A DNA stretch of 64,000 nucleotides, taken from NCBI GenBank assembly GCA_018831195.1, contig JAHJDP010000031.1, positions 7,151 to 71,150 of the forward strand, written 5' to 3'. Origin of the DNA: Candidatus Eiseniibacteriota bacterium (lineage in GTDB: Bacteria > Eisenbacteria > RBG-16-71-46 > CAIMUX01 > JAHJDP01). The notes under the pieces are model-generated. The model was not told the DNA's origin. It did not search any database and worked only from the letters and a program-made list of their open reading frames with translations. The position numbers were made by a program, and so were the translations under genes. Position 1 is the stretch's first letter; each line of letters opens with the position of its first letter. Positions 48,660 to 58,398 of this stretch are shown piece after piece.

Positions 48660-48845
48660 GTGGCCAACGGCAGGTCTCAAAATTCATCGAAACCCGGCCG
48701 CACATTTGCATTGAGGCACAGTAGCGATTCGATGGTAATACCCAGGCCGGGCGATTGTCCACAGCCGAATCGACAAAAAGACGATTCCCCGGGCCCTGGA
48801 TCGGTAACATAAGCTCCACGTATATTCATCATGGCCATATCTAAT
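48660..48845 (-). ncRNA. Candidate cobalamin (B12) riboswitch in 5' leader of lipoprotein-TBDR operon
   Basis: Minus-strand RNA contains GGGGAAUCG, a GAAUCG...CGAUUC hairpin, GCUACUGUGCC and a perfect B12-box core GAGACCUGCC ~25 nt before the RBS; AGGUCUU of the RBS region is complementary to GAGACCU. Confidence 0.5.
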
Positions 48846-49049
48846 TTGCATTGTACATTTTGGATTCGCCTCACTGTCGATCATCGCCGCAAGACAGCAG
48901 ATAAAAGTTTGGTTGGATACGATTTGGGGTAGGAAAAAGGGAATGGGCCCATTATAAATCTGGATAAGTCCCGGTAGGAATCCCGCCGGCAAAATCACAA
49001 GCAAGGAAGCATCCAAAACATCCCATTGCAGCGGAACCAGAGGAAGCCC

Positions 49050-50294
49050 ATGGCTGACATTAGACCCTTCTGCGCCCTCCGGCCTCGCCCGGAGCTCGCG
49101 GAAAAGGTGGCAAGTCCACCCTACGACGTCCTCAATAGCGAAGAGGCACGGGAGATGGCCGGCGATAATCCGATCTCCTTCCTGCATGTCACCAAACCGG
49201 AAATCGATCTTCGGCCCGAAGTATCCCCATATGCCCCAGAGGTTTACGCAAAAGGGGTCGAGAACCTTCAGCGGTTGATTCAGGAGGAGGTTCTAATCCG
49301 CGATCCGCACCCTTGCTTCTACCTTTATCAGCAGCGGATGGGCGGACATGTCCAGGCCGGTCTCGTCGCCGGCGCTTCGGTCGATGAGTATGACCAAAAT
49401 CTCATCCGCAAACACGAGCACACACGGCCGGATAAAGAGGAAGACCGAACCCGGCATATCGAGGCTTTGAATGCCAATACCGGCCCTGTTTTCCTAACCT
49501 ACAAGAGACGGGACACCGTCGACCAGATCACCGAACAGATCCGCGCGCGGAAGCCTGATGTCGATTTCACCTCGTCGGATGGCGTACAGCACACCTTGTG
49601 GGTTGTGGCGGATGGATCCACGATTCAAGCTCTGAAAGACAGCTTCGCCGCGATCAGCATCCTCTATGTGGCGGATGGACATCACCGAAGCGCATCGGCC
49701 TCAAATGTCGCCGCCACACGCCGGGCCGCCAACCGCGGCCACACGGGCCGGGAGCCTTACAACTATTTCCTATCCGTCATCTTCCCCGACGATCAGATGA
49801 TGATTCTCGATTACAATCGAGTCGTGTTCGATCTTAAAAACCTTAATGAACAAACATTTCTGGAGAAAATCCGCCGCTCTTTTGATATATCTCCGGCGGA
49901 TGACCCAAAACCGAGCCGTCCGCTTGAATTCGGCATGTACCTCAAAGATAGATGGTACCGGCTCACGGCACGGGACGGCACCTATCCGGCGAATGATCCG
50001 GTGAACAGCCTGGATGTCGCCGTTTTACAAAACAATCTTCTCGCCCCTATCTTGGGGATTGAAGATCCACGGTCGGATTCTAGAATCGATTTCGTGGGAG
50101 GGATTCGCGGTTTGAAGGAGTTGGAGAAGAGAGTGGCCGGCGGTGCTGCCGTCGCCTTCGCTCTTTATCCAACAAGTATTTCCCAGCTGATGGCCATAGC
50201 GGATGCGGGAGAAGTCATGCCTCCCAAGTCAACTTGGTTTGAACCCAAGCTACGATCAGGCCTCATCATTCGTCCGCTGGACGATCGTTCTTAA
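49050..50294 (+). CDS. DUF1015 domain protein
   Basis: MADIRPFCALRP...VADGHHRSAS family pattern; RBS GAGGAAG; typical serA/serC neighbourhood. Confidence 0.75.
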   Translation: MADIRPFCALRPRPELAEKVASPPYDVLNSEEAREMAGDNPISFLHVTKPEIDLRPEVSPYAPEVYAKGVENLQRLIQEEVLIRDPHPCFYLYQQRMGGHVQAGLVAGASVDEYDQNLIRKHEHTRPDKEEDRTRHIEALNANTGPVFLTYKRRDTVDQITEQIRARKPDVDFTSSDGVQHTLWVVADGSTIQALKDSFAAISILYVADGHHRSASASNVAATRRAANRGHTGREPYNYFLSVIFPDDQMMILDYNRVVFDLKNLNEQTFLEKIRRSFDISPADDPKPSRPLEFGMYLKDRWYRLTARDGTYPANDPVNSLDVAVLQNNLLAPILGIEDPRSDSRIDFVGGIRGLKELEKRVAGGAAVAFALYPTSISQLMAIADAGEVMPPKSTWFEPKLRSGLIIRPLDDRS

Positions 50295-50305
50295 GGAGAG
50301 CAGTT

Positions 50306-51193
50306 ATGAAGATCCTAATTTCTGATGCCTTTGACGCATCTCTACCGGGCAAGTTGGCGCGTTTTGGGGAAACTTTCGATGACAAGAGCCGTTTGTCTGA
50401 AGCTGATGTTGTGCTTATACGTTCCAAGACAACGTGCACGCGGGAATATATCGACAAGGCCGCAAGCCTCAAGCTGATCATCCGCGGCGGCGTCGGACTC
50501 GATAATGTTGATCAGGATTACGCTAAGCAGAAGGGGATCGCCGTTCACAATACAGCGGCGGCCTCCAGCATCGCCGTGGCCGAGCTGGCTATGGGTTTCA
50601 TGACCGCGATCCCGGCGAATATCATCCCGGGTCATATATCCTTGACCAAAGGCGAGTGGCAGAAGAAGCAACTCAAGCGAACGGAGCTTTACGGCAAGAC
50701 CCTGGGTTTGATCGGCATCGGCAAGATCGCAACCGAAACCGCCATCCGCGCCAAAGCCTTCGGGATGAAGGTGATCGCCTATGACAAATACATCGACAAA
50801 TCCAAGCACGCAGAGATGGTTTCATTCAACGATCTTCTCATCCGATCCGATTTCATATCCCTGCACGTTCCCTATACGGATGAGACGCGGGAAATGATCA
50901 ATAAATCGACGATCAAACAGATGAAGGACGGCGTTATTATTGTGAACACCGGCCGCGGGAAATGTATCAACGAAGCTGATATGGCGGAAGCGCTGAGAAA
51001 CGGCAAGGTCCGCGCCTATGGAACGGATGTCTGGTACTCCGATCCTCCGGATTGGGATGGCTGCCCCCTGCTGACCGCACCGAATGTCTATATGACGCCG
51101 CATATCGGAGCTTCCACGACTGAGAATTTGCTTAGAATCGGCGATGTTATCGAGGAGATTCTCAACGCGTACGTGAAGGAGGGTAAACTATGA
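50306..51193 (+). CDS. D-3-phosphoglycerate dehydrogenase-like 2-hydroxyacid dehydrogenase (short form, no ACT)
   Basis: NAD-binding GLIGIGKIA, catalytic His region TPHIGAST. Confidence 0.8.
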   Translation: MKILISDAFDASLPGKLARFGETFDDKSRLSEADVVLIRSKTTCTREYIDKAASLKLIIRGGVGLDNVDQDYAKQKGIAVHNTAAASSIAVAELAMGFMTAIPANIIPGHISLTKGEWQKKQLKRTELYGKTLGLIGIGKIATETAIRAKAFGMKVIAYDKYIDKSKHAEMVSFNDLLIRSDFISLHVPYTDETREMINKSTIKQMKDGVIIVNTGRGKCINEADMAEALRNGKVRAYGTDVWYSDPPDWDGCPLLTAPNVYMTPHIGASTTENLLRIGDVIEEILNAYVKEGKL

Positions 51194-52287
51194 CACACCG
51201 CATCCACAATTTTAATGCCGGTCCCGCAACACTCCCCCTATCGGTATTGGAAGAGGTCCAGGCCGAACTTTTGGATTTCAAGGGATGCGGGATGAGTATT
51301 ATGGAGATGAGCCACCGAAGCCCTGAGTATATGGAAGTCCACACCGAGGTGCAGACCCTCACGAGCGAGCTTCTCGGTCTTGGTGATGACTATAAGGTTC
51401 TCTTTTTGGGCGGCGGGGCATCGACGCAATTTTACATGATTCCGCAGAATCTTCTTTCCGGTGGAAGGAAGGGCGATTATATCGTAACCGGCACCTGGGC
51501 CAAGAAGGCGGCCAAAGAGGCAAAGCTATTCGGCGAAGTACACATTGCTCACGATGCCGCAAACGCCGACGGCAAATTCACCTATATTCCGACACAAGAT
51601 CAGCTCCATCTTTCGCCGGATGCGGCCTATCTTCACTACACCACAAACAACACTATCGCCGGCACGCAATTTCATTATTATCCCAAAGCTCCCGCCGGCG
51701 TCCCGGTAATTTGCGATATGTCCTCCGATATCTTTTGGAAGAAGTTCGATCCGCGACCCTTCGGACTCATCTACGCTGGGGCGCAGAAGAATCTCGGACC
51801 TGCCGGCGTCACCATGGTTATCATCCGCAAAGATATGCTCGATCGTTGCGCCGATGGCATCCCGACGATGATTAGCTATAAGACTCATGCGGATAATGAC
51901 TCATTGTTCAACACGGCGCCGGTCTTTCCAATCTATGTCGTGGGCAAAGTTCTAAAATGGATCAAGGCGCTCGGAGGGCTTGGTGCGATAGAAAAGCGTA
52001 ATCGTGAAAAGGCCGGGCTGATCTACGGCGCCATCGACGCGAATCCTGATTTCTTCCGTTCGCCGATCCAGAGAGAGAGCCGTTCGGTGATGAACATTGT
52101 CTGGCGGCTTCCGTCCGAGGATTTGGAAAAGACCTTTATTGCAGAAGCGAAGAAAAGCGGACTCGGCGGCCTCAAGGGACATCGTTCAGTCGGCGGATGC
52201 CGCGCATCGACCTACAACGCCATGCCCATCGAGGGCGTGAAAGCGCTCGTCGGCTTCATGGAGGCGTTCGCTAAGAAGAACGGGTAA
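51190..52287 (+). CDS. serC: Phosphoserine aminotransferase
   Basis: MTHRIHNFNAGPATLP start and class-V aminotransferase motifs; ATGA overlap with upstream gene. Confidence 0.9.
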   Translation: MTHRIHNFNAGPATLPLSVLEEVQAELLDFKGCGMSIMEMSHRSPEYMEVHTEVQTLTSELLGLGDDYKVLFLGGGASTQFYMIPQNLLSGGRKGDYIVTGTWAKKAAKEAKLFGEVHIAHDAANADGKFTYIPTQDQLHLSPDAAYLHYTTNNTIAGTQFHYYPKAPAGVPVICDMSSDIFWKKFDPRPFGLIYAGAQKNLGPAGVTMVIIRKDMLDRCADGIPTMISYKTHADNDSLFNTAPVFPIYVVGKVLKWIKALGGLGAIEKRNREKAGLIYGAIDANPDFFRSPIQRESRSVMNIVWRLPSEDLEKTFIAEAKKSGLGGLKGHRSVGGCRASTYNAMPIEGVKALVGFMEAFAKKNG

Positions 52288-52374
52288 ACTGACTGTTTTA
52301 ATGGCTTCGAGGCAAAATCGTTCACTTATCCCACAAAACGGGACCCGCTATTGGGTCCCGTTTTGCCATATCGC

Positions 52375-52917
52375 TTATGCCTCTTTTAGAATCTTCGACC
52401 AGGCTCTGAACGGTTCAGTGGCGCACCGAGTTAACATTTCAAAGACCGCCGTTTCGACGCTCGTCAGGCGGATCCCCTCCTGCTGGAAGCGCATCATCGC
52501 CAGCTCAATATTTCTTGGAAATCGAGATGAGACCGCGTCGCCGACGATGAAGACTTCGAAGCCGTCATCGTTCATCTCCAGGGCCGTTTGAAAAACGCAG
52601 ACATGCGATTCGATACCGCAGAGCAGCGCCTGTCGCCGGCCGGTCGCGGCCACCGCCTCCCGAAACGGATCATGCTGCCAGCAGGAGAAAGTGAGCTTCT
52701 CCATCCGCTCCACCCCCTCGAGCGTTTCCAATACGGGCCGGCAGGTTGGCCCTAAGCCCTTTGTATATTGTTCTGTTGCAAAGATGGGGACTTCAACAAT
52801 CTTGCAGCCCCTGATGAGACGGCGGATGGACTGGACCATCTCGCCATGCTGGTGGATGTGCGGCAAGAGCCGTTCCTGCACATCAATCACGACAAGAAAC
52901 GCTTCCGTGGGCCGGAG
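52375..52917 (-). CDS. Isochorismatase-family cysteine hydrolase
   Basis: AFLVVIDVQ, catalytic Cys context GIESHVCVFQTA. Confidence 0.8.
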   Translation of the reverse strand, partial: LRPTEAFLVVIDVQERLLPHIHQHGEMVQSIRRLIRGCKIVEVPIFATEQYTKGLGPTCRPVLETLEGVERMEKLTFSCWQHDPFREAVAATGRRQALLCGIESHVCVFQTALEMNDDGFEVFIVGDAVSSRFPRNIELAMMRFQQEGIRLTSVETAVFEMLTRCATEPFRAWSKILKEA

Positions 52918-52977
52918 CATGGTGGGCCTCCTATCATCAGGGTTCAAACAGGTCCAAACTTCAGGTACGCTTCCGTT

Positions 52978-53664
52978 ATGGTAATCCATCCGATCAAAAA
53001 TTCACGGAATTCCGGGGATCCCGCCGGGAACTCACGCAAGCGCCGCGGATGCATCCTCGTCCTTCTCCTCACCATAATCTTGATCGCGCTTATTCCTAGG
53101 ATTTTGGATGCATGGGCCGATTGGCTGGTCATCAAAAGCCACCCCATGCCTGCGGATGCCATCCTTGTTCTCGGCGGGGGCCGTGGTGAACGACTGGCGA
53201 CAGCCCTTCAGCTATATAAAGAGGGATGGGCGAACCAGATCTATGTTTCAGGACCGAATGAACCGGGTATCTCCCGATTGCTTGATCCCGACGCGTTGAC
53301 CCAGGCTGAGGTGAAACGGCATCTCGCTGTACAACACGGTGTTCCCGAGGATAAGGTCAGCGTCATCTTGGGGCCGAGCAGCACCTTTGAGGAGGCCTCT
53401 CTGACAAAGGATCTCTTTTTACAACTGAAGTATTCGAGAATCCTTGTCGTGACATCGCCCTATCACACCCGGCGGGCCTATCAGACCTTCCGGCATATTT
53501 ATCGAAAAACGGGAATACAAATTAGTGTCATCTCTGCGCCGTGGGAGCTTACAGGATACAAGCGAAAAGAATGGTGGCGGCACGAAGACGACACCTTCGC
53601 CATCCTTAATGAAACGGGGAAATTGATCTTTTATCTACTGCGGTACAGCATCCCGCCGATTTAA
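52978..53664 (+). CDS. DUF218 (YdcF/ElyC/SanA) family protein
   Basis: TM anchor then AILVLGGG...; longest ORF starts 52768 but domain starts near 52978. Confidence 0.7.
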   Translation: MVIHPIKNSRNSGDPAGNSRKRRGCILVLLLTIILIALIPRILDAWADWLVIKSHPMPADAILVLGGGRGERLATALQLYKEGWANQIYVSGPNEPGISRLLDPDALTQAEVKRHLAVQHGVPEDKVSVILGPSSTFEEASLTKDLFLQLKYSRILVVTSPYHTRRAYQTFRHIYRKTGIQISVISAPWELTGYKRKEWWRHEDDTFAILNETGKLIFYLLRYSIPPI

Positions 53665-53688
53665 GCCGCGGAAAATTCCCTACGGTAT

Positions 53689-54294
53689 CTACCGTCTCCG
53701 GTTCAAAAACGATTCACAGATTTCATCGATGAGGCGTCCGGCCAAATCTTCCGGCAAGAACTCGGTTACCCTCTGGAAACGGCCGGAGATCGCCATTGTC
53801 GTCAAACCGTGTACCGTAAACCAAGCCTGCAGCGTCATAAAATGGAGCCTCTGCTCATCAACCGATATGGATTTTTGTTCAAGACAAGTCGCCAGCGTTT
53901 TACGAAGAAGATCAAGAGCCAGAAGGCTCGTCTTTTGGGAGGTCAGGTACTCCATCCGTTCAAAATGATGGAAGAACATCAGTCGATAGAGGCCGGGGTT
54001 ATCGACGCCGAAGCCGACATAGGCCTGCAGACCCGCCCGAAGATCCTTGAAGGGATTTTCTCCGAAAATCGCCGCTTGAATATGATCAAGAAGCTGCTGA
54101 TAGGTGCGGTCCCAGGCATGCGCCAGCAAGTCTTCCATATCTTGGAAGTGGCGATAGACCGCCATCTGAGACAAACCCAGGAGACGCCCCAGACGTCGCG
54201 CGGAGACGGCTTCAGGTCCCCCCTCCCTGCAGAGGTTCAAAGCCGCAATGATAAAAGATTCACGCGTTTCTTCTGAAGCCTTCCGGCGAGCCAT
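53689..54294 (-). CDS. TetR-family transcriptional regulator
   Basis: N-terminal HTH ...AVSARRLGRLLGLSQMAVYRHF. Confidence 0.85.
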   Translation of the reverse strand: MARRKASEETRESFIIAALNLCREGGPEAVSARRLGRLLGLSQMAVYRHFQDMEDLLAHAWDRTYQQLLDHIQAAIFGENPFKDLRAGLQAYVGFGVDNPGLYRLMFFHHFERMEYLTSQKTSLLALDLLRKTLATCLEQKSISVDEQRLHFMTLQAWFTVHGLTTMAISGRFQRVTEFLPEDLAGRLIDEICESFLNRRR

Positions 54295-54402
54295 TTTGAT
54301 CCCCCATCTCTGTGGTCAAGTCCGGTGGATATCCCGACCGCTTTATTCCACACCCTTATGGTTTACAAGGTAAAGCAAGACAATACGCCTGTCAACTGAA
54401 AA

Positions 54403-55635
54403 TCAGGAGGTGATCTTGGGATTTTTGGCGAAGAATGCCTCAGTGAATCGGAGAAAAATCTCAACCCCCAGGGGCATAGCCTCTTCGTCGAAGTTGAAAT
54501 GGGGAGAGTGGTGAGGTTCGACGAGTCCCCGCTCCGCATTCCCTGCTCCAAGAAAGAGAAAGACACCAGGAACCCGCTGTAGGTAGTAGGCCATATCCTC
54601 GCCGCCCATTGAGATGAGATCCATTCCGACCCCATCCGGGCCAAGGACCTCCCTCGCGGCCGCAACCATTAGATCTGTCATTCCCTCATCATTGACAACC
54701 GGTGGGTAATGAGATTCGAAGATAAACTCGCACGCAGCGCCCAGGCTTTGACAAATCGCGTGGGATAGATCGTTGATCCTTTGCTTCAGTGTCTTGCGCA
54801 GTTCAGGGTCAAAAGTGCGTAACGTTCCCCACAGATGCGCTGTCTCGGCAATAATGTTGAAATTCGATCCCGACTCAAACCGGCCGATGGTGACAACGGC
54901 AGCCTGGTTCGGGTCTGTGTTTCTGCTGACCAGGGTCTGCAAAGCTGTGACGACATAGGATCCGACCACAACGGCATCAACTGTATTGTGCGGATAGGCG
55001 CCGTGCCCGCCTTTGCCCATGATGAGAATTTCAAACTCATCGGCTGCGGCCATAACCGGACCGGATCGCGTCTGCGCCCGGCCGACCGGCTGATGCGTAT
55101 CGATATGAAGGCCGACAGCTCCGGTTACCGTGGGATTCTCCATCACCCCGTCGTTGATCATGGGAAGGGCGCCGCCCGGACTTTCCTCAGCCGGCTGAAA
55201 GACAAATTTCAGATCGCCGGGAAGTTTGTCGCGCAGGATCCCGGCGGCGTGCGCGGTGGCGAGAAGGATGGCCGTGTGCCCATCATGACCGCAGGCATGC
55301 ATCACACCCGGTATCTCGGAGGCGTAATCAATCCCGGGGTTCTCCTCCTGGATCGGAAGGGCGTCGATGTCTGCTCGCAGGAGCAGGACACCCTGTTTTC
55401 TATTTGGATTCGTAGATTTAAGAAGGCCGACGACACCGGTGCCGCCGACATGAGTCTTGATGTCATCCAAGTTCGCGGATTGAAGCTCGTCGACAATGTA
55501 GGCGGCGGTCTTCTCTTCTTTCAGGCCGAGTTCAGGATGGCGATGGATCGTCCGGCGCCAGCGGACCATCTCAGGGTAGAGGGCCGAGACCTCGGGTCGA
55601 ATTGGAAACGCTTGATGGGATGGTGTCTTCGTCAC
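54403..55635 (-). CDS. M20D-family amidohydrolase (aminoacylase/hippurate hydrolase type)
   Basis: MHACGHDGHTAILLATA metal-binding motif. Confidence 0.9.
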   Translation of the reverse strand: MTKTPSHQAFPIRPEVSALYPEMVRWRRTIHRHPELGLKEEKTAAYIVDELQSANLDDIKTHVGGTGVVGLLKSTNPNRKQGVLLLRADIDALPIQEENPGIDYASEIPGVMHACGHDGHTAILLATAHAAGILRDKLPGDLKFVFQPAEESPGGALPMINDGVMENPTVTGAVGLHIDTHQPVGRAQTRSGPVMAAADEFEILIMGKGGHGAYPHNTVDAVVVGSYVVTALQTLVSRNTDPNQAAVVTIGRFESGSNFNIIAETAHLWGTLRTFDPELRKTLKQRINDLSHAICQSLGAACEFIFESHYPPVVNDEGMTDLMVAAAREVLGPDGVGMDLISMGGEDMAYYLQRVPGVFLFLGAGNAERGLVEPHHSPHFNFDEEAMPLGVEIFLRFTEAFFAKNPKITS

Positions 55636-55637
55636 AA

Positions 55638-56045
55638 TTAAAGCTCGGACAGCGGCCGCCGGCCGCAGGTGCCTTTGTTCAACTCATGCCAATATTGAAT
55701 TTGTTTCTCGCCGAGTTTCCAGCAAAAGAAGACAAACCGGCCGTCTGTGGCCCCATAAAAGTCGACTTGACCTTTTATAAAATCTTTTACGACACAACCC
55801 ATCCTTTGCATTCCCTCGAGTATCCGGTCTCTTTCTGCAATTAACTCCTCAAGCCGCCTCATACCCATCAAATACTCACGGCGTTCCGGACTTCTCCTGT
55901 GCGAGGCGCCGATGAGTTCAAGAACGGCGATCCGATCCTGATACCCCTGAATCTGCCGAGCGGCTTGAATGAGTTTCTTTAAAACCGCGTCGACATGGGG
56001 AAGGAGGCGGTTGGCTTCTTCCAGAGTAAAAATCTTGACTGCCAT
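55638..56045 (-). CDS. Hypothetical protein, DUF2203-like
   Basis: MAVKIFTLEEANRLLPHV... pattern; family assignment from memory only. Confidence 0.45.
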   Translation of the reverse strand: MAVKIFTLEEANRLLPHVDAVLKKLIQAARQIQGYQDRIAVLELIGASHRRSPERREYLMGMRRLEELIAERDRILEGMQRMGCVVKDFIKGQVDFYGATDGRFVFFCWKLGEKQIQYWHELNKGTCGRRPLSEL

Positions 56046-56321
56046 GGCCCAATCCTATCCCTTGGCTCCACTCCATCAATTCGGCCAGGCGATCCTTCCC
56101 TCGGTGGTCATATTGTAGCAAAAGAAAATAGCAGACACAAGAAGTGCAAACAATTAATTTAAAAATTGCGCATGAAGTCGGCTATGGATAACAAATGTGA
56201 AGATTATAACGCAATGATTCCAACACAAGGACAAAACACATATCCATGACGTCCTGAAAATCCGTTTTATCGGGACGTTCTGCGGCTCTGATTCAGCTTT
56301 TTAATAGTACAAGCTTGCTTG

Positions 56322-57098
56322 CTATTGATATATCGATTTGACACCTCCCCATGTTGTGAGCTTTCTTGGAGTCGGCTGGCATGGATTGGGCTCGCAGGAA
56401 CCACCGAACCAATCACCACCACCCTCCAAACATTCAGAGCTATGCAGTAGCAGGCAAGTAGAACCGAAACAACAGGCGCCGTATTCCGGATTCCACGGCG
56501 GACATTCCGGATTCCAACCGGGCGCGCCGCCGTACCCCATGGCTCCGAAGCCCTCAATGAGGTCAAGCGTCGCCGGTTCGGAACAGTCAGCGACCGCCGC
56601 ATGGTTTAAGGGATGATCGACGAGCGGAATCTCTCCGGCGGCGGCATAGACATAAATGCCAAAGTAATAGACGGGCACCATCTGGCCATATGAGCAATCG
56701 GGTGTCCAGGCGACCGCCGTTCCGGTTCCAGGAGCCGGCCATCCGGCGGTCGGCGCCTCGAGTGCGCCCGGTTTGCAGGAACCGAAATATCCGATATAGG
56801 TTTCGCTGGGTGTGTAATCCCCCAGTCCAAATGTCACCATATTGAAATTCGTCGCATTGCCGCGGGGCGAGACAACAAGAATGAGATACCAATAGACGTC
56901 GATTAGAGGATCGGGAATCGCCGATGGTATGAGATCGATGCAATCCTCGGGTACTTCAATTTGCTCACAGGGATCTGGAGGATACCAAGGCTCACCCTGA
57001 TTCCCGTGGACGGCCAAAACCACCCCTGCATTGGATCCGGCATGAGCGGAGCCCATGGTGAGCACGGTACAAACCAACAAATATGACAGGAGTTTCAT
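56322..57098 (-). CDS. Secreted Cys-rich hypothetical protein ending ...PTPRKLTTWGGVKSIYQ
   Basis: Signal peptide MKLLSYLLVCTVLTMGSAHA; same C-terminal tail as 5686..6411 and the tandem paralogs. Confidence 0.7.
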   Translation of the reverse strand: MKLLSYLLVCTVLTMGSAHAGSNAGVVLAVHGNQGEPWYPPDPCEQIEVPEDCIDLIPSAIPDPLIDVYWYLILVVSPRGNATNFNMVTFGLGDYTPSETYIGYFGSCKPGALEAPTAGWPAPGTGTAVAWTPDCSYGQMVPVYYFGIYVYAAAGEIPLVDHPLNHAAVADCSEPATLDLIEGFGAMGYGGAPGWNPECPPWNPEYGACCFGSTCLLLHSSECLEGGGDWFGGSCEPNPCQPTPRKLTTWGGVKSIYQ

Positions 57099-57192
57099 TG
57101 TGTCGCCTCCTTGGGAGAAAGGTGCGGAGACTCACAGCAATGATGCGTTGATATAGAAAGGCGCCCAGACTCTGAGGAGGAATCACTGTCTC

Positions 57193-57248
57193 AGTATTGA
57201 GACCGGAGTATTGAAACCGCAGTATGGATACCGCAGTAAGGAAACCGC
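57193..57248. repeat. Four tandem 14-bp direct repeats AGTATTGAGACCGG / AGTATTGAAACCGC / AGTATGGATACCGC / AGTAAGGAAACCGC in the upstream region of 56322..57098
   Basis: Seen directly, ~95-150 nt upstream of the minus-strand start codon. Confidence 0.85.
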
Positions 57249-57333
57249 AATGCCCCCTCTCGCGCACCATTATTATACACCGGCCGGAAGGAAAAGGCCA
57301 ACTGATTTGGCTGCCGGATCCAATGGATGAAAA

Positions 57334-58398
57334 TTAACCACTCTTGAAATGATCCCACCCTTTGGTATTCAAGTTATTGTGTCCCAACAAATGGAGACCC
57401 GGCTCCATCACGAACTCTCCGATCGCATGCGCTTGGGGCGACAGCGCTGAGAGGATTCTTTCGACGGATCCGGGCGCCACAGCGGCCAGCAGCGCATAAT
57501 CGTCACTTGACCCCAGAGCCCACTCCAGCGGATCGATCTTGGCCGCCTTCCCCATTTTCCGGACCGGTTCGAGAATGGGGATTTGTTCGGTTTGGATGTC
57601 AGCGCCGAGACCGCCGGCTTCACACAAATGACCCAAATCGGAGAGAAGGCCGTCACTGGTATCGATCAAGGCCTTCACGCCGCCCATTTCACGGAGCTTT
57701 AACGATTCCTTTAAATGATGTCTTGGGCGGATATAAAATCGAAGGGCCGCTTTCAGATTCGTTTCATCAATCTTCATCTTCTGGGATTTCTTCGAGAGTC
57801 GATCCATCGCCCACAATCCAGCCGCCGAAAGGCCTGTGTGGCCGATGAGCAGGATCACATCGCCCGCCTGCGCTCCGGATCGCAGAAAGGCGTCCCCTTC
57901 AACTTCACCCACAAGGGTCACGTCGACAACACGCGGCCCGTCAGTGGCAGAGAGATTTCCACCGGCGATCTGGCCCCCGGCGTCTTTCAGCTCTTCAGCC
58001 AATCCCTCTAGAATGTTAAAGAGAACATCAACGGGATCACTCTTGGGCAGGGCCATCGAAATCAGCGCGACGCGCGGCGTGGCCCCCATGGCGGCAAGAT
58101 CGGAAATGTTGCTGACCATGACCCTGCGGCCTACATCGCGGGGAGTCATGCGTTGTGTGAGAAAATGCCGTCCCTCGAGATGAATATCGCAGGTCAACGC
58201 CAGCTGCGTGGATGCCCGGGGCCGGATGAGAGCTGCGTCATCGCCGGCGCCTAATGTTAAAAATCCTCCCTCCCTGCCCAGATGGGATCTCTCCTCGAGC
58301 CAGGTACGGATTCTTTTCAGGATCTCCATCTCGCCGACATCGGAAAGAAGTGGTTCGCCGCCCCACTCTTTCGATGCGTCGAGTTGAAAGTTTCTCAT
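57334..58398 (-). CDS. thiL: Thiamine-monophosphate kinase
   Basis: AIR-synthase-related fold motifs LTLGAGDDAALI...LTCDIHLEGRHF. Confidence 0.85.
   Translation of the reverse strand: MRNFQLDASKEWGGEPLLSDVGEMEILKRIRTWLEERSHLGREGGFLTLGAGDDAALIRPRASTQLALTCDIHLEGRHFLTQRMTPRDVGRRVMVSNISDLAAMGATPRVALISMALPKSDPVDVLFNILEGLAEELKDAGGQIAGGNLSATDGPRVVDVTLVGEVEGDAFLRSGAQAGDVILLIGHTGLSAAGLWAMDRLSKKSQKMKIDETNLKAALRFYIRPRHHLKESLKLREMGGVKALIDTSDGLLSDLGHLCEAGGLGADIQTEQIPILEPVRKMGKAAKIDPLEWALGSSDDYALLAAVAPGSVERILSALSPQAHAIGEFVMEPGLHLLGHNNLNTKGWDHFKSG

Noticed and set aside
57193-57248. CRISPR array
   Set aside because: The four 14-bp repeats are contiguous with no spacers, and the unit is far too short. No other repeat-spacer structure exists in the window.
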